DNA from: Rhizophagus irregularis
Lineage: Eukaryota
DNA length: 64,000 bases
Direction of reading: 5' to 3'
Assembly (NCBI RefSeq): GCF_026210795.1
Contig: NC_089434.1
Location: 1,302,001 to 1,366,000 of the forward strand
The position numbers and the translations under genes were made by a program. Of the stretch, positions 51,434-64,000 are shown piece after piece (the first letter of the stretch is position 1; each line of letters opens with the position of its first letter). The notes under the pieces are model-generated. The model ran no database searches. It saw nothing but the letters and a program-made list of their open reading frames with translations, and was not told where the DNA came from.

Positions 51434-52899
51434 ATTTTCCTTTGGAAATAAGTTAACGATATCATTATTGTATTTCGAAAGATTTTATCATATATTTATG
51501 TTTTATTTTGAATTATTTAAACATTAAGACTAGAGTAGTAAAAAAAAATTGTTTTACAAGATTCTTAGTTTGTAATTTAAATAATTATATAATAAATTGG
51601 AATTATTAAGTATATAAATTATCACCAAAAAGGAAATATTTATATTGTTACAACTTCTAAACTAATTGAAGTTTATGTCTTTTTAATAGATAGTAAGAAA
51701 TATTCTTTAACGAGATCAATTCCCTTTACAAATTTCATATATATAAGGAAAGTAGTGGAATAATTTTATCACAGAGTTCAACTAACACAAGATCTATTGA
51801 TATCTGTTGAAAATGAAAATATTTAAATAATTTAGTTATTTACTATGCTATCCATAAATGGGTTATCATCCCCTGGATGATAACCCAGAATTATAAACAA
51901 CTAATTTCATTCGTTCCATTAATTAACTTTATATATCCAAAATATACACAAACCTGGCTGAAATTGTTGCCAATAAGGTCGAAATTATTTAAAAACTTCT
52001 CTACACTCTCTGAAATCCAGCGAAATCTTCTGACAAATTTCAGATTATTACGTTTATACAGTGTGGAGTTATGCCACAAAGCCGAAATTGGTCCGAAATT
52101 AAAAAATTATTTCGGCAACATGTATACTCCATAATATATAAAAATGTATATATATGACAATACGGTACGGTACGGTTACTTGATTATGCACATAATCGCT
52201 TTAGTAAGATTATAAATTATTAGCAAATATAATTTATATGTAACAAATTTGACAAATAAATAGCATTCCTCGATCAATTTATTTTATATTGATCAATATT
52301 TAATTTGTCAATGTATAATTAATAGATTTAAAAATCAATATAAACATGGTTAGTGGTTTTTATTTTTAAATTATTTTTCAACTAAATAAACAACATATAT
52401 ATAATATTTATTGGATTTATATCGGCCACAGGGACCTTCATTGATTGTGAAAATGACCACGCATAATCTACTTTATAGGCTTATTTAAACTTTTCCTATA
52501 AAAATTTTCATTTGGGGTGGTATCATTTTTTTTTTTGCCACCATATCACGTGATTTTACAAATAAGATTTATCGTGGACCACCAGTTTTTTTATCATTTT
52601 TTTTTAAATTTAGTTTTCTCTATATGCGAAGGGTAGGTTTGCCTTAAGGTAGATTGAAACATATAAACTTGTCTAGTCTTTTATGTTAGATTATTATATG
52701 CGTCCTTTTATATTCTCTGTAATTATTTTTCTCGATACACAACCCGTTAGCGTCACATAAGGTCATAATTATATTATTCACAGAATCTTTGACAGATTTA
52801 TTTGATCAATGACAATCAGCAAAAAAAATTTACTTTTTCAAAAACAAAAATAGCCAAATAAATGAACATGATAAAATCAATAATACAAAATAAACTAAT

Positions 52900-53620
52900 T
52901 ACTGATTCTTTGAAAATTGACATCTGGAACCTAAAAAAAAAGAAAGAAATGCAAGTTAGTAAAGAAAAAAAAATACAAAAAAAACCAACCTACATTTTGA
53001 AATAATATACAGCACCTAATGGAAAGAATAAACAAATTTTAACAAATTTAGTTAATGAAAACAAAAAGAAAATATCCAAAAAGAACATCCAAAACATAAA
53101 AAAGAGAAAACTGCTAAAAAAAAAGAAGAGCTGAAGACCTAAAAAAGAAAGATGAAAGTTAGTAAAGAAAACAATAAAAAAAAGGGAAACAATGGTCGAA
53201 CACCAACCTTTATTTCCACAAACTAAATTAGTTGAAATGAAATACAAATCTTTATTTCCAGGGAGAATAGCCGAAACTTAAAAAAGGATAAACAACGAAA
53301 TAAAAAACGGTTGAATACCAACTTTATTCCCACAAAGAGAACTGCTAAACCCTAAAAATAAAAAGTGTTGAAACCTAGAAATAAGAAAAATCAAACAAAA
53401 ATTAATAATGAAATGAAAATAAACAACGAAGAAAAAAAAACACTAACCTTCATTTTCAAAAAGAATCGCAAAACCTAAAGAAAAAGAAAACCCGAAAAGA
53501 ACCGTCAGACTATATAAAAAAATGAAACCAGTAAAGAAGAATATTATTTAGTAACGAAAATGAAAATTATTGAAATATACAAACAAATCTTAAATTTCAT
53601 TACTCACGTGATTAGCATGA
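52900..53620 (-). repeat. Micro-exon/intron array C
   Basis: Minus strand shows repeated ..gtggaaataaag|GTTGG..ctaac..tttttAG units and ttttgcgattctttttgaaaatgaag|GT, matching array B at 14325-14600; CACGTG at ~53605. Confidence 0.6.
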
Positions 53621-56600
53621 GATTACTGTTCTTCATGACTTTTTTTTTTGAGCGAGCTCTTCTGGAAATTCACAATGATAAATTTAAACGATGGGAGAAC
53701 ACCAAGAACATCACTAAAAGACACAAAAATGCATTCGCTACCACTTGCCACAACACGTGAATTACATCCACGCCATTGAAAAATGGTGGCCGGATTTATT
53801 CAGATTATCGACTTAAAATCAAATATATATTTTTTCTTTTTTCTTCGTTATAAATTTTTTATAAACTCATATAAAAGAGTCACTTAATAAGCCAAAAAGA
53901 TATTTATGGTTAAAAAATGTTCATTCAAATTTCAAGTCATTAGAGAAAATGAAAAGATAATATAGTGCAAAAATCGTCAAACTATGCCAAGAACTTTAAT
54001 AAGAATACAATTTATTGAGAATAATTATATTCGAAACATAAAGAACATAAAGTTAAAATATTGCACATCGCAGTATATTATTCAAACTATAACTTAAAAA
54101 AAATCATTAAATTTCTATTTGTAATAAAGTTCAATCGTTTAATTTTACAAGTGATTATCTTATGTAAGCGACATGTGTAACTAGCAAATAAATCTGGCTA
54201 CTAACATTTTTCGGTGAGTCGTTCCACACTACTTCACATTTGACTAATGATCCATTTAAACAGACGCGTAACACTCATACCAAGCCATTTATCTCTTACA
54301 AAAATTTTAAATACTTAAACTGCCATCGATGGCTTATATTGATCTCTTTTAATTTTGTATTTGCTGGAGCCTGGAGGATGGGCGACTTTTATATAAGCCC
54401 CTTATTCTTTATGTAATAATTATAATTTTTTCTTTTCTGATAATATTTTATTTTTAATTGTTTTACAGACTAGATCATATTTTTCCTTTTGACTCCTATT
54501 TATAAGACAGGTTAAATCTGTAAATCTTTCTTTTTTCTTTTTTTGGTTTTTTTTACAAGTGAGACGATCCCCTGAGGAAGGTTATGTTTTTACATAAATA
54601 GTCATTTTCTTTTAATTCCTTTAGTTATAAACTAGCTGTAGCCTGTTGTGTTGCAAAATGAGTTTAAATCAATATAATGATAAAGTTTCTGATTCATATT
54701 TGGGTTATTGGGAATATTAGATATTATATAATATTAGAGTTTTATTATTTAAAATTCCCAATTCATGACGCTTTATATTAATGTTAAAAACAAAATTTTA
54801 CTAAAAAAAATTCACTAAAAACGTTAAAAAAAAAAATTCTCGTGTGATCTTAATAGTCAGGAAACAATATCATTGACTAAGAAAAAAAAAAATCTCACTA
54901 AACAAAAAAATTGAAAAGTTGTGGCAACAAAGTATCCAATATTTTTCAGGTTAAAAAAAAAAAATACTAAAAAAAAAACGGTTTAAAAAACTGAAAAAAA
55001 AATGATAAATAAAAAAAATAATTTTCTGTTAAAGATAACCGAAAAGGAAAAAAAAATCAGATAAAAAAATTAATAATAAAACATTCAATAAAAAGACTAA
55101 AAAAGAAAATAATCACAAGCGAAATACAATTAATAGAACAAACTATACTTTTTTTGTGATAGAATAAAAAAAAACTGGTTAAAATCGGAAACATACCGCA
55201 ACCATGTGTACATTCTTAACAGTTAAGGCTAATCAAATTCTTTAACTATAACAAATACGAAATAGATCTGGCGCGGGAATATTACACTTTTCAATGGTAC
55301 ACAAGTCAAATTAGGTGATCTAAGCATGACAATTTTTTTAATCCAAACTTCAAATATAATGATGTTAACTTAATTATCAAAGGAAAATTTAAAGATATAT
55401 CTAAAGAATAAATAAAATAACAGATAAATACAAATCAGTAAAAAAAAAAAATCGTATAAAATATTTTTTTACAATAAGGAGTTCCAACGGTTTTATTGTA
55501 TAAAGATTTGTATTGTTATATATTTCGTTATCATTATAAGAAGAAAATAAATAAATAGAATTAGAAATAGTATATTTAATTATTATTATGTAAGAAATTT
55601 GCCTAGCAATAATATTAATATTTTTTATTTTTTTTTGCTTTAAATTATTTCTTTTTCATTATCTAAGTTTTTTCTAATAAAGTCATACATGTTAAATAAT
55701 GAAATTGATACATTGACACTTATCTATAATATTCGACTAAGTATATTATTTATAAACCAATAATATTTTGATTTATATTTTAGGATACATGAAATATTTC
55801 AAGATTACGTAATTCACATTTGTTTGATCAGAACATGATATTAGAATATATTCCAAGCATGAATGGAATCATTCCACAATGATTTCCATCAACAGTCAAT
55901 CATCTTCCGGTCTGTATACTAATAAAATCTAAAAATTAAAAATAATTTACTAACTCATTTGTATTGATCTTCTAATGTTATACAGTTTATCGAATCGTGG
56001 AATATACAGGAAAATCGCAGTATTCTTGGAAGGTTCATTGGTGCTCAGTACACGCCTTCTTCCTTTTAAATTTTTTTTATTATAAATTCTTCTGCTTTTT
56101 TATAACGCTTAACCTATTTAAGTTCTTAAACTTGGGTTTATAATATTCTTACGCTAGATATACTTTTATTTTACAAATGCCAAAGATGATTTTATTGCTA
56201 TTGTAGAGCTAAATAAATTCATATTTTAAAAATACGTTAGTACGAAATTTTTAAATTGTACAAAAAATTAACGTACTATTAAAATTTCTCCGAACTTGTA
56301 TCATCATACTATTGTACTACTTTACTTATCAGGTAACATATCGTAAAAAGTATAAGTATTTAAAAATCCCAAAATTTATTATACTGCACTAAATCGATTT
56401 TTTAATACATTTATATAATTTCGCAGATAATCCTGGTTTATCACGTGATAAGATCACGAAACAAAATATTATAGTACCAGGACTGCGCGTTAAAATTGCT
56501 GTACTAGATTTTTTTATCAAACAATAAACAGATACTGTGTGACATAACATACGTTACTCCACAGACGTTCGTTACCTCCATTTGATCCATGTGGTCGGGT

Positions 56601-57977
56601 GGCGCACAATTAATACAGTTCCAGAACTCCGCATTGTTATGTAGATCACCACTATTTCATTGAAACTATATAAAACTATATAAAGAAACGTCATATAAAA
56701 CCATAAAAACTTCCTTGAGACGCTTAAGTAAACTTACAGCGAAGATGAAAGTTCGTACTGTATGTCTATATCGTACATTATACAATTTTAGGAGTCACTG
56801 TAAATTATGTCAAGTTTCGTTCATTTCTTTCAGAATTTTTTGTTGATCCTAATTTTATATATGATTTACTTGCGTAACATATTGTATGAGGAAATATCAA
56901 ACCATTTTTGGAATCAATTGCGTTCAAAAAATGGATATGATTTTTTTGCAACTAGGGCATTTTCGTTCGTAATGTAACAAAACGCCTTAAAATTTGAAAC
57001 ATAACATTGCAATTGTTACACACCAAATAAACAGTAAAATAAATAAATATATATATATATATATGTGATGTAAGTCTTAAATACAACGTAAAGTTATTGT
57101 CAATCAAACGATGTTATCCCGGTAAAGTAATTTAATTTAACCGAAATAAAAAAATAGTGCAGTGCACGTTTTATATTTATCGTATTGTCTTTCATTTGTA
57201 TATATATATATTTTTGGAATATAATATGAAAAAAAAAAAATTTTTTTTTTTTTACCCCTTAAAATGTTGATACCTTGTATAGAAAATTTCTCTTCCTTTT
57301 TTCTTCCTTTTTCTTTGAACTTCCTAAAAAAACCAGAATTAAAGGACCAAGATTTAATAGTAGGAACCTGTTGTACATCTTGTTAAATTATAGTAGTTAT
57401 ATAATCAATACAAATGGACAAATATAAACATGTTAAACACGTTATAAAATATGTTGAAACACAAAGTTTAAGTACTAGTAAACAATACAAAAATGTAGTT
57501 GATTGTCAATATTATAGATAAAGAGATACTAAAAAAATAATAAAATAATGATTATTTATTATCTGTAGTAACAGTATGAATTCAATTGTTGGCGCAGTAA
57601 TATTAGTAATATTACACCAATCTTTTATCACTAAAAAAAAATATATAATAATAATTTTTTATTTATTTTTTTTTTTAACGTTTTATTTTATTTTTATTAT
57701 CTAATAACAGCAAAACATCATGAAACTGTGAAACTATAAGGATCTAAAGGATCTTGTATACGTACGTATATAGTATGTAAAATTCTGTTTACTATTTATA
57801 AATTTAGTTATTTTATGTAATAACTAAATATAAATATTTTTATAAAATTTTCTTTGCTAAAAATCTAAGGGCTTATCATATAAATAATAGTTTGATGGAT
57901 AAGAAATGAAACCTCTACAAAAAGTCCATAATTTTTTTAAAAAAAAAGAAAAAATTAAAAAAAAATTTTGTTCAATA

Positions 57978-58524
57978 ATGGGAAACGATAACAGCAAAAA
58001 TAAAAACCAAGACCTTAAATCAAAACTAAAAAATGTTGAGGACCTTGCATTAAAATTAAATAAAAACTTCTCTACTACTCCCTTCCAATCTGACCTTTTC
58101 GATAAATTATCCTTGGAAGTTGACAAACAACGAAAATTTATAAAAATTCCATGGATACCTTATAAAAATTTTAAGGACATAATGTATATAAACGAAGATG
58201 GTTATTTGAATTATTCTGCAAAGTTGAGGAGCTTTCCTAATAAAATCAAAGATACAAAAGTTTATTTAAAGGAACTAATTAATTCAAACAAAATGACACA
58301 AGATGAGTTAAAGCTGGTAAATATATAAATAAATAAATATATATATATATATATATTTCCTTGAGTTTATTTATCATATATTAATTTAATTTTATTTATA
58401 GATTGCAACTGAAATTGAATACAACGACGAAAAAAATCTTACTGAAATTTTGGGAATTTCTCAGAATCCACTTACGCTCAATTACGTTATAGTCATTGAC
58501 TTTTTGTTCTCCGGTAATATGTAA
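57978..58524 (+). CDS. Kinase N-lobe-only protein (153 aa) with N-myristoylation motif
   Basis: MGNDNSK..PWIPYKNFKDIMYINEDG..KVYLKELINS..ELKL|IATEIEY..ILGISQNPLTLNYVIVIDFLFSGNM-stop; intron 58317-58401; frame intact. Confidence 0.7.
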
Positions 58525-60632
58525 ATTTGGTTAACAAGCACTCATAGCTCGTCTTAATCTTTTTTAATTTTTATCTGGGTTCCTTTACTTTCTTCTTTCA
58601 TAAACTTCTTTCCTATGATGAAAAATATTCTAAAATTTTTAGTTTTTTACGATCGAAGAAAAACAAAGACTGCGGTCGAATAAGTTTTATAATTTATTAT
58701 TTGAATTGTTCACTTATATTATTTTAGATCGATTGTTATTTATTATTTAAATTTAAGTAACAAAATCCATATTTTTTAAGAAAAAAAACCTTTTAGATAT
58801 GAAACTATTTAAGCACCACAAGTTAATATTTATGATATGTTATTCAAGACTTTATTTAATATAAAAATAAGGAAATGTACAATAAGATATAAAATAAATA
58901 AATTGTGTTTTTAAATTAACTCATGTGATATTAATTGGAGTATCTTGTTATAATTTAACGTTAGTGCGGTAAATAGACAATAATTAATATAATTTTAATA
59001 TTGATATTATTAACAAGTTAAAATACATAGTTCTTCGACTTTTAGAAAAATGGGATCAATAGCGAAATATTTAAATCTTCTGCGAATTCGGTAGTGAATT
59101 AGAGTTACGAATGTATTATTATTATAAATACAATAAATAGTACAACGTCTTAACATATTGCACAGATTTCAAAGATAAATACAACCGTATCTATCGAATC
59201 ACAGCTAAAACTTCTAAGCGTAACACATTTTCTTTTCTTTATGGTTGTTGGTAAGGGGTGATTTACTACATATTGTATGTTATGCAGTAAAGAGTGATGT
59301 TATTTACATGATTTTCATGTCTTCACGCTTCGTATCAAATAACAATGGACCCTTCGAATATCATCTGATCAGATCAATTTGCGATTCGGCCGAATATTGG
59401 GATGATCTGCAATTAAGACTAAAACGTGACACTATTTTAAGGTGACATATTACTTTTATGTATTTGATTTTTTACATACAACTTACTGCATATTTTATTG
59501 TTCATCACAAGACCATCATTGAAAAAATATATATTATTTTTTTAATAATTTCTGGAATAGTATACTTGCAACAAGTTCCCTATAAAAAATTTTTATCCGA
59601 ATATTTCCATTATTTCCCCGTGGCTTTCATGAAAATTCCGTGAAAATGATACATTCACGGAAAAAAACATGGAAATATAAAACACGGATCAACATTTTTT
59701 ATAGGAACTTACAAATTATAGTTACCTTAATGCACAATAGTTGTAGCCCGCTTAGATCAATAAAAAAAATGATCACTCATAAAATACCACGCAGTTTCAA
59801 AAGAAAAATTCTTAACAACACCGGAACTCTAAAAAATTCTTCCGGAGAAGCATTCAAAGAAAATGTAATATTAACTAAATCAATAAATAGTTTGAACACG
59901 AGTGATGGCGATTAAATACCAAAGTTGAGATCTATAATGAAAATAATAAAATAAAATTGAAATAAACAACCATAATTGGTTCTGTATAACACTTCATGTA
60001 ACAGAGGTGCTAGCGTTAGTATGTAATATATATACAGTAAGATATAAATAATAATTAACCGGATGTCTATTTTAGACCAGAATGAATTATTTATATTTAT
60101 ACAGGTTTTTATCTCTCTTATATACGAAACATATAATATCGCTTCATAATAGAAGGTTAGTATATAATTTCCTTTCAACATTAAAAATGGTATCAGGGAA
60201 TTGTAATGATGAATAAGATGATCAATAATCTATCTTTCACACTTTCAAAGCTTTAGTTTTTACTATTTATAGTTTCACAATAAATCTATAATTCATGGGT
60301 TAGTGTTTTTCGCTACTCATTCATTTCCGTTGATTGCAGGTATATTTTGCAGAGGTCGAGTGGATGCTTATATTTTAGAAGGTTCAATAGACATAACGGC
60401 GGCTCTTTTGCTTTCTTTATAATTTTACATACGTTATAATTATACTTGTTATGGAAAAAGGGTAAATTTTAACTTCTTTTTAATCACGAGCACCTTTACA
60501 GCAGATCCTACCGAAGTAGCTGCTAATTTTCACTAATTATATAACTTTCAAAATTAAATTCGAATTAACTAAAAATCGAAGTATTATCTGAAGAAAAAAA
60601 GTCTCAATATTTTTTCTTTACCTAGAAATGTA

Positions 60633-61400
60633 CACTACCCAGACAAAAGTAGCGGACCTCCTATTTTTATCAATTACTCAAAATTGTACATAATAATAAT
60701 ACTTGAAATTTTAATATGTGATGACATAGATATTAAGAAACATACGTTCAAAATTTCATAGTTCTAGCCTTTATACAACCATATTAATTAAAGATAATTT
60801 AAAAGGAAATATTAACACCTATCATATATATGTTATATAATAGTAAATTAAGAGTCTGTTACTGCCAGTTTATTTAGAATTGCACATAATAAAATACTTA
60901 AATTTTTATATTGTTTGAAAGCTCAGTTTAGGAGAATAAATATCATATGAATTTTTGTATTTTTATCTTTCAAATTAACAATTATCTAAAAAATAAAATG
61001 TTATTCATAATTTTTATTTTTTTTTAATTTATCGATCATCAGAAATTTTTAAATTTTTTTGAATTAATACAGCTGTATAAATGTTAAAAACATGAAAATT
61101 TGACCCTATGTTCTTTAAATTCTATATTATTACATGTTAAAATTTCAAGTATTGTTATTATATGTAATTTTAAGTAATTAATGAAAATAAAGGGTCCATT
61201 ACATTTGTCTAAGTAATGTAACAGTCACCAAACTTCTTTTTTTAATTATTATAGTTGTATAAAAGCTAGAAGCGTGAAATTTAAAGTATATATTCTTCAG
61301 AATTTATGTTATCATATATAAAAAATTCAAGTATTATTAATATGTACAGTTTTGAGTAATTGAAAAAAATGTAAGGTCCGCTACTTTTGTCTGGGTAGTG
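60633..61400. mobile_element. Non-autonomous Tc1/mariner-type element
   Basis: TA|CACTACCCAGACAAAAGTAGCGGACCT ... AGGTCCGCTACTTTTGTCTGGGTAGTG|TA (perfect 27-bp TIR); a decayed extra right end at ~61190-61220. Confidence 0.88.
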
Positions 61401-62031
61401 TATTTAGTATATGAATTTCAACTTGCAAAGTATATAATGGTAGGGTAGGCTTTGATTATATAGTAACTAAAGCATAATAATATTAACGTTTAATTCTATG
61501 ACCACAAATTTAACATAAAAATTATTTTATTTATCAATATATACAGGTCACGATACGATTTTACATACAATAAATATTGTATCGATTTCCGTTTGAAGCA
61601 TTTCGCGGAAAATATCGAGAAGTCTATTACCATAGTGTTTTATATAAGCTAGCGAAGTGTATGATTGTTATACAGCGGCAAACCATAATAATGATGACTT
61701 CTTTGGTAAATGAAACAAAAAGTTTGATAAAATGAACATACGCAACACACGCAGTTTTGGGTTATTGAAGATTTTATATTTAGAAGCAGAAACATAAACG
61801 CCTTTCCAAAAAAAAAACAAGAAACCACGTGCCAATGAAAAGAACAACCATTTAGAACTCAATTAAAAACTATTTGACTTAATGGTTAAAAGTGGTCTAA
61901 ATGACCTAAAAGTGGTCAAATGTTACCATCAACTACTTAGTTGATGGTTTAACAGTGGTCTAAATGACCCTAAAAGTGGTCAAATATCCATCAATTAAGT
62001 ATACCAACTTACCATTAAACTTTTTTATTAG

Positions 62032-63590
62032 GTTACACAATTAACCCTGGCCAAATTATAATTCCGGCCGAAATTAAGCGCCAGCGGTTAGATTTAGCAA
62101 CGCCCAAGCAAAATTACTGTAAAAAAAAAATGGATTTTTCGCCCATTAAATTGTTGCGGCACAGAATGATGATCGATTTTTTTTTTATGACGCATATCGA
62201 TTAGCATCGATTTAATCGAAATCGAAAATCGGATCTTAGAATCGAATTATCGAATCTCGAGATTCGATTAAACGCGATCAATCGATTCTTAAATAAATCG
62301 GTTCTCATTTTGAGAATCGATTCCAATCACTAGAATAAGGTGTCTTTTACATACGATAATAAAATTTATTTTAACTAATTAAATGATAATAATTAAAGGC
62401 TTAGTTCTAATTCTGTTAAGTAAAATTACCTATTAATGGGTAATTTGGGGTTTATCGGACTTCTACCTCAATACAATGGTCTAATTGGTCTTATTGTTTT
62501 ATCTAATAATTATTTTAGATTAAAATTATCGGAAAAAAAATGCGCCATTTTTGAAGAAGCCATTGGAATCAAAATCTTTTAAACCAATTAAAGAAAAAAA
62601 AATTGTTAATTAAAAATTTGGATAAAGAAGATCAAAAAAACCTTGCATTTTTAAAAGAATAAATAAGATTATCATAATGAACACACAAGTAAACAAGAAA
62701 TGAAAGACAAAGACAAAATGGCCGACCAAATTAAAACGTTACTTTGTATTACTTTGCATAATAGCTTCACTTCACTAAGTAATACTTACTACTTGAATTC
62801 TATTACAAAAAAAGCTCATCATATTTTTTTTTGTAGTGTATATATATATTTTTTATGTATAAAAAAAGATAAGAAAATAATAAAATTTGATACAGAATTT
62901 TAACATGTATACTAAGTCTCAACCGTCATACAGGTCAAGATTAATACTTAAGCGGTGTAAATATACATAAGTATAGTACGTATTGTATGTAAGGTATGTA
63001 ACTATAACCATTGTATTCAAGCCGCAGCAACAAAAAATATTGTTATCGAAAAGATCATGGGTATTATTTACGGCAAGATCTGTGGAAAGTCCCTAGGAAT
63101 TCATGAGAATTTTTTTTGTTAGTTTCAAGTTTCAGTAAAATTTTGATATATGAAATAATTAAGACATTTTAATACGTACGAACACTGAAAAGTGATTTGG
63201 CGGTTATACAATTATTCTCGATACATCGTATTCTAACTATGATATCGTTTACTCGTTTTCTCTTCTTTTTAAATATGAGTTTATAGTAGTGCTTCGACCC
63301 GGATGAAAACCGTCATCCGGATTACACAAAAAAAAAATCCGGATTATATCCGGATTGACCCGGATTTTGAATCCGGATCAGATAATCCGGATAGAAACCG
63401 GAAACCGGATTGGATTTACAAATGATCGGCAATAATTCTGGCCAGAATTCATAACGCCGGCCAGAATTACAAATTGTGTAACATTAAATTTTCATGCCAG
63501 CCGATAAAAAATTTTTTGCCCGGTGGCTAAACTATTTTTCCGGTGTCACGTGATGTTAATTTCGGCCAGAATTACAAATTTGGCCAAAAT
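62032..63590. mobile_element. Cluster of decayed/nested TIR elements
   Basis: GTTACACAATT (62032) / AATTGTGTAAC (63482); GGCCAAATT..GGCCGAAATTAA (62049) inverted at 63557-63586; hAT-like ends with ATCGA repeats (~62165-62332) and ATCCGG repeats (~63287-63415). Confidence 0.5.
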
Positions 63591-64000
63591 TATCCAAGAC
63601 CACGAAATTTACATAATTCCAATTTCATTAAATACTTTTCTTTAAAACAATTTCATATTATTTCAGCATTGTCTCAGACTATTGTTTAACATTTCTTTGT
63701 AAATTAACTAATTATGAAATTTTAAACAAGATATTTTTATATACAGCTAAAGATTACTATAAATAGATGTGTTGGGTTAGTAAGGTAATTTTTTAAGGAT
63801 TTGTTTCTTCTTTCAAAAATTAAAGAATCATTTGAATCAAATTACATAACATTAGTTTTAATTTTTTAAAAAAGTTGTTATAATTATATAGTAAATTTAT
63901 AATATTGAACAATTTTTCATTTTAAAACAATAATTATTATTTTGTTGTAACAAAAATAATATAAAGTTTTTTTTCTTTTGAACGTTTGAATGTGAAATCT

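Noticed and set aside
55800..56350. Coding-like minus-strand segments with intron signals (similar ones at 39200-39420, 44280-44460, 59040-59450 and 60290-60530)
   Set aside because: Probably decayed gene fragments, but no family could be recognised by eye.
60633..60659. CACTA/EnSpm assignment
   Set aside because: Flanks are TA on both sides with no 3-bp TSD, which fits Tc1/mariner better.
1..64000. tRNA, rRNA or an autonomous transposase gene
   Set aside because: None recognised by eye; tRNAscan-SE and Infernal would be needed to exclude small RNAs.

Overview
Very AT-rich, intron-containing eukaryotic DNA. The gene families (expanded TKL-type kinases with an N-terminal CxxC..CxxC motif, BACK-TLDc, Argonaute fragments) point to an arbuscular mycorrhizal fungus (Glomeromycota, Rhizophagus-like); this is inferred from family content. 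The window is a birth-and-death cluster of TKL kinase paralogs: 4 apparently intact genes, several pseudogenes/remnants and one intact N-lobe-only gene. It also holds an F-box/Cys-rich gene, a secreted PQQ-type beta-propeller (PVA dehydrogenase-like) gene, an unknown multi-exon gene, a decayed Fic gene and many non-autonomous DNA transposons (hAT, Tc1/mariner-pogo, a long-TIR foldback, Helentron/Helitron2-like). The most unusual signal is a family of non-coding tandem arrays of micro-exon plus canonical spliceosomal intron units behind a CACGTG motif. One copy lies inside Helentron-type termini. Others have foreign fragments embedded in them: an Argonaute MID-PIWI segment, a DIRS-like tyrosine recombinase segment and an antisense ORF remnant. 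All exon models and protein assignments were read by eye; no searches were run.
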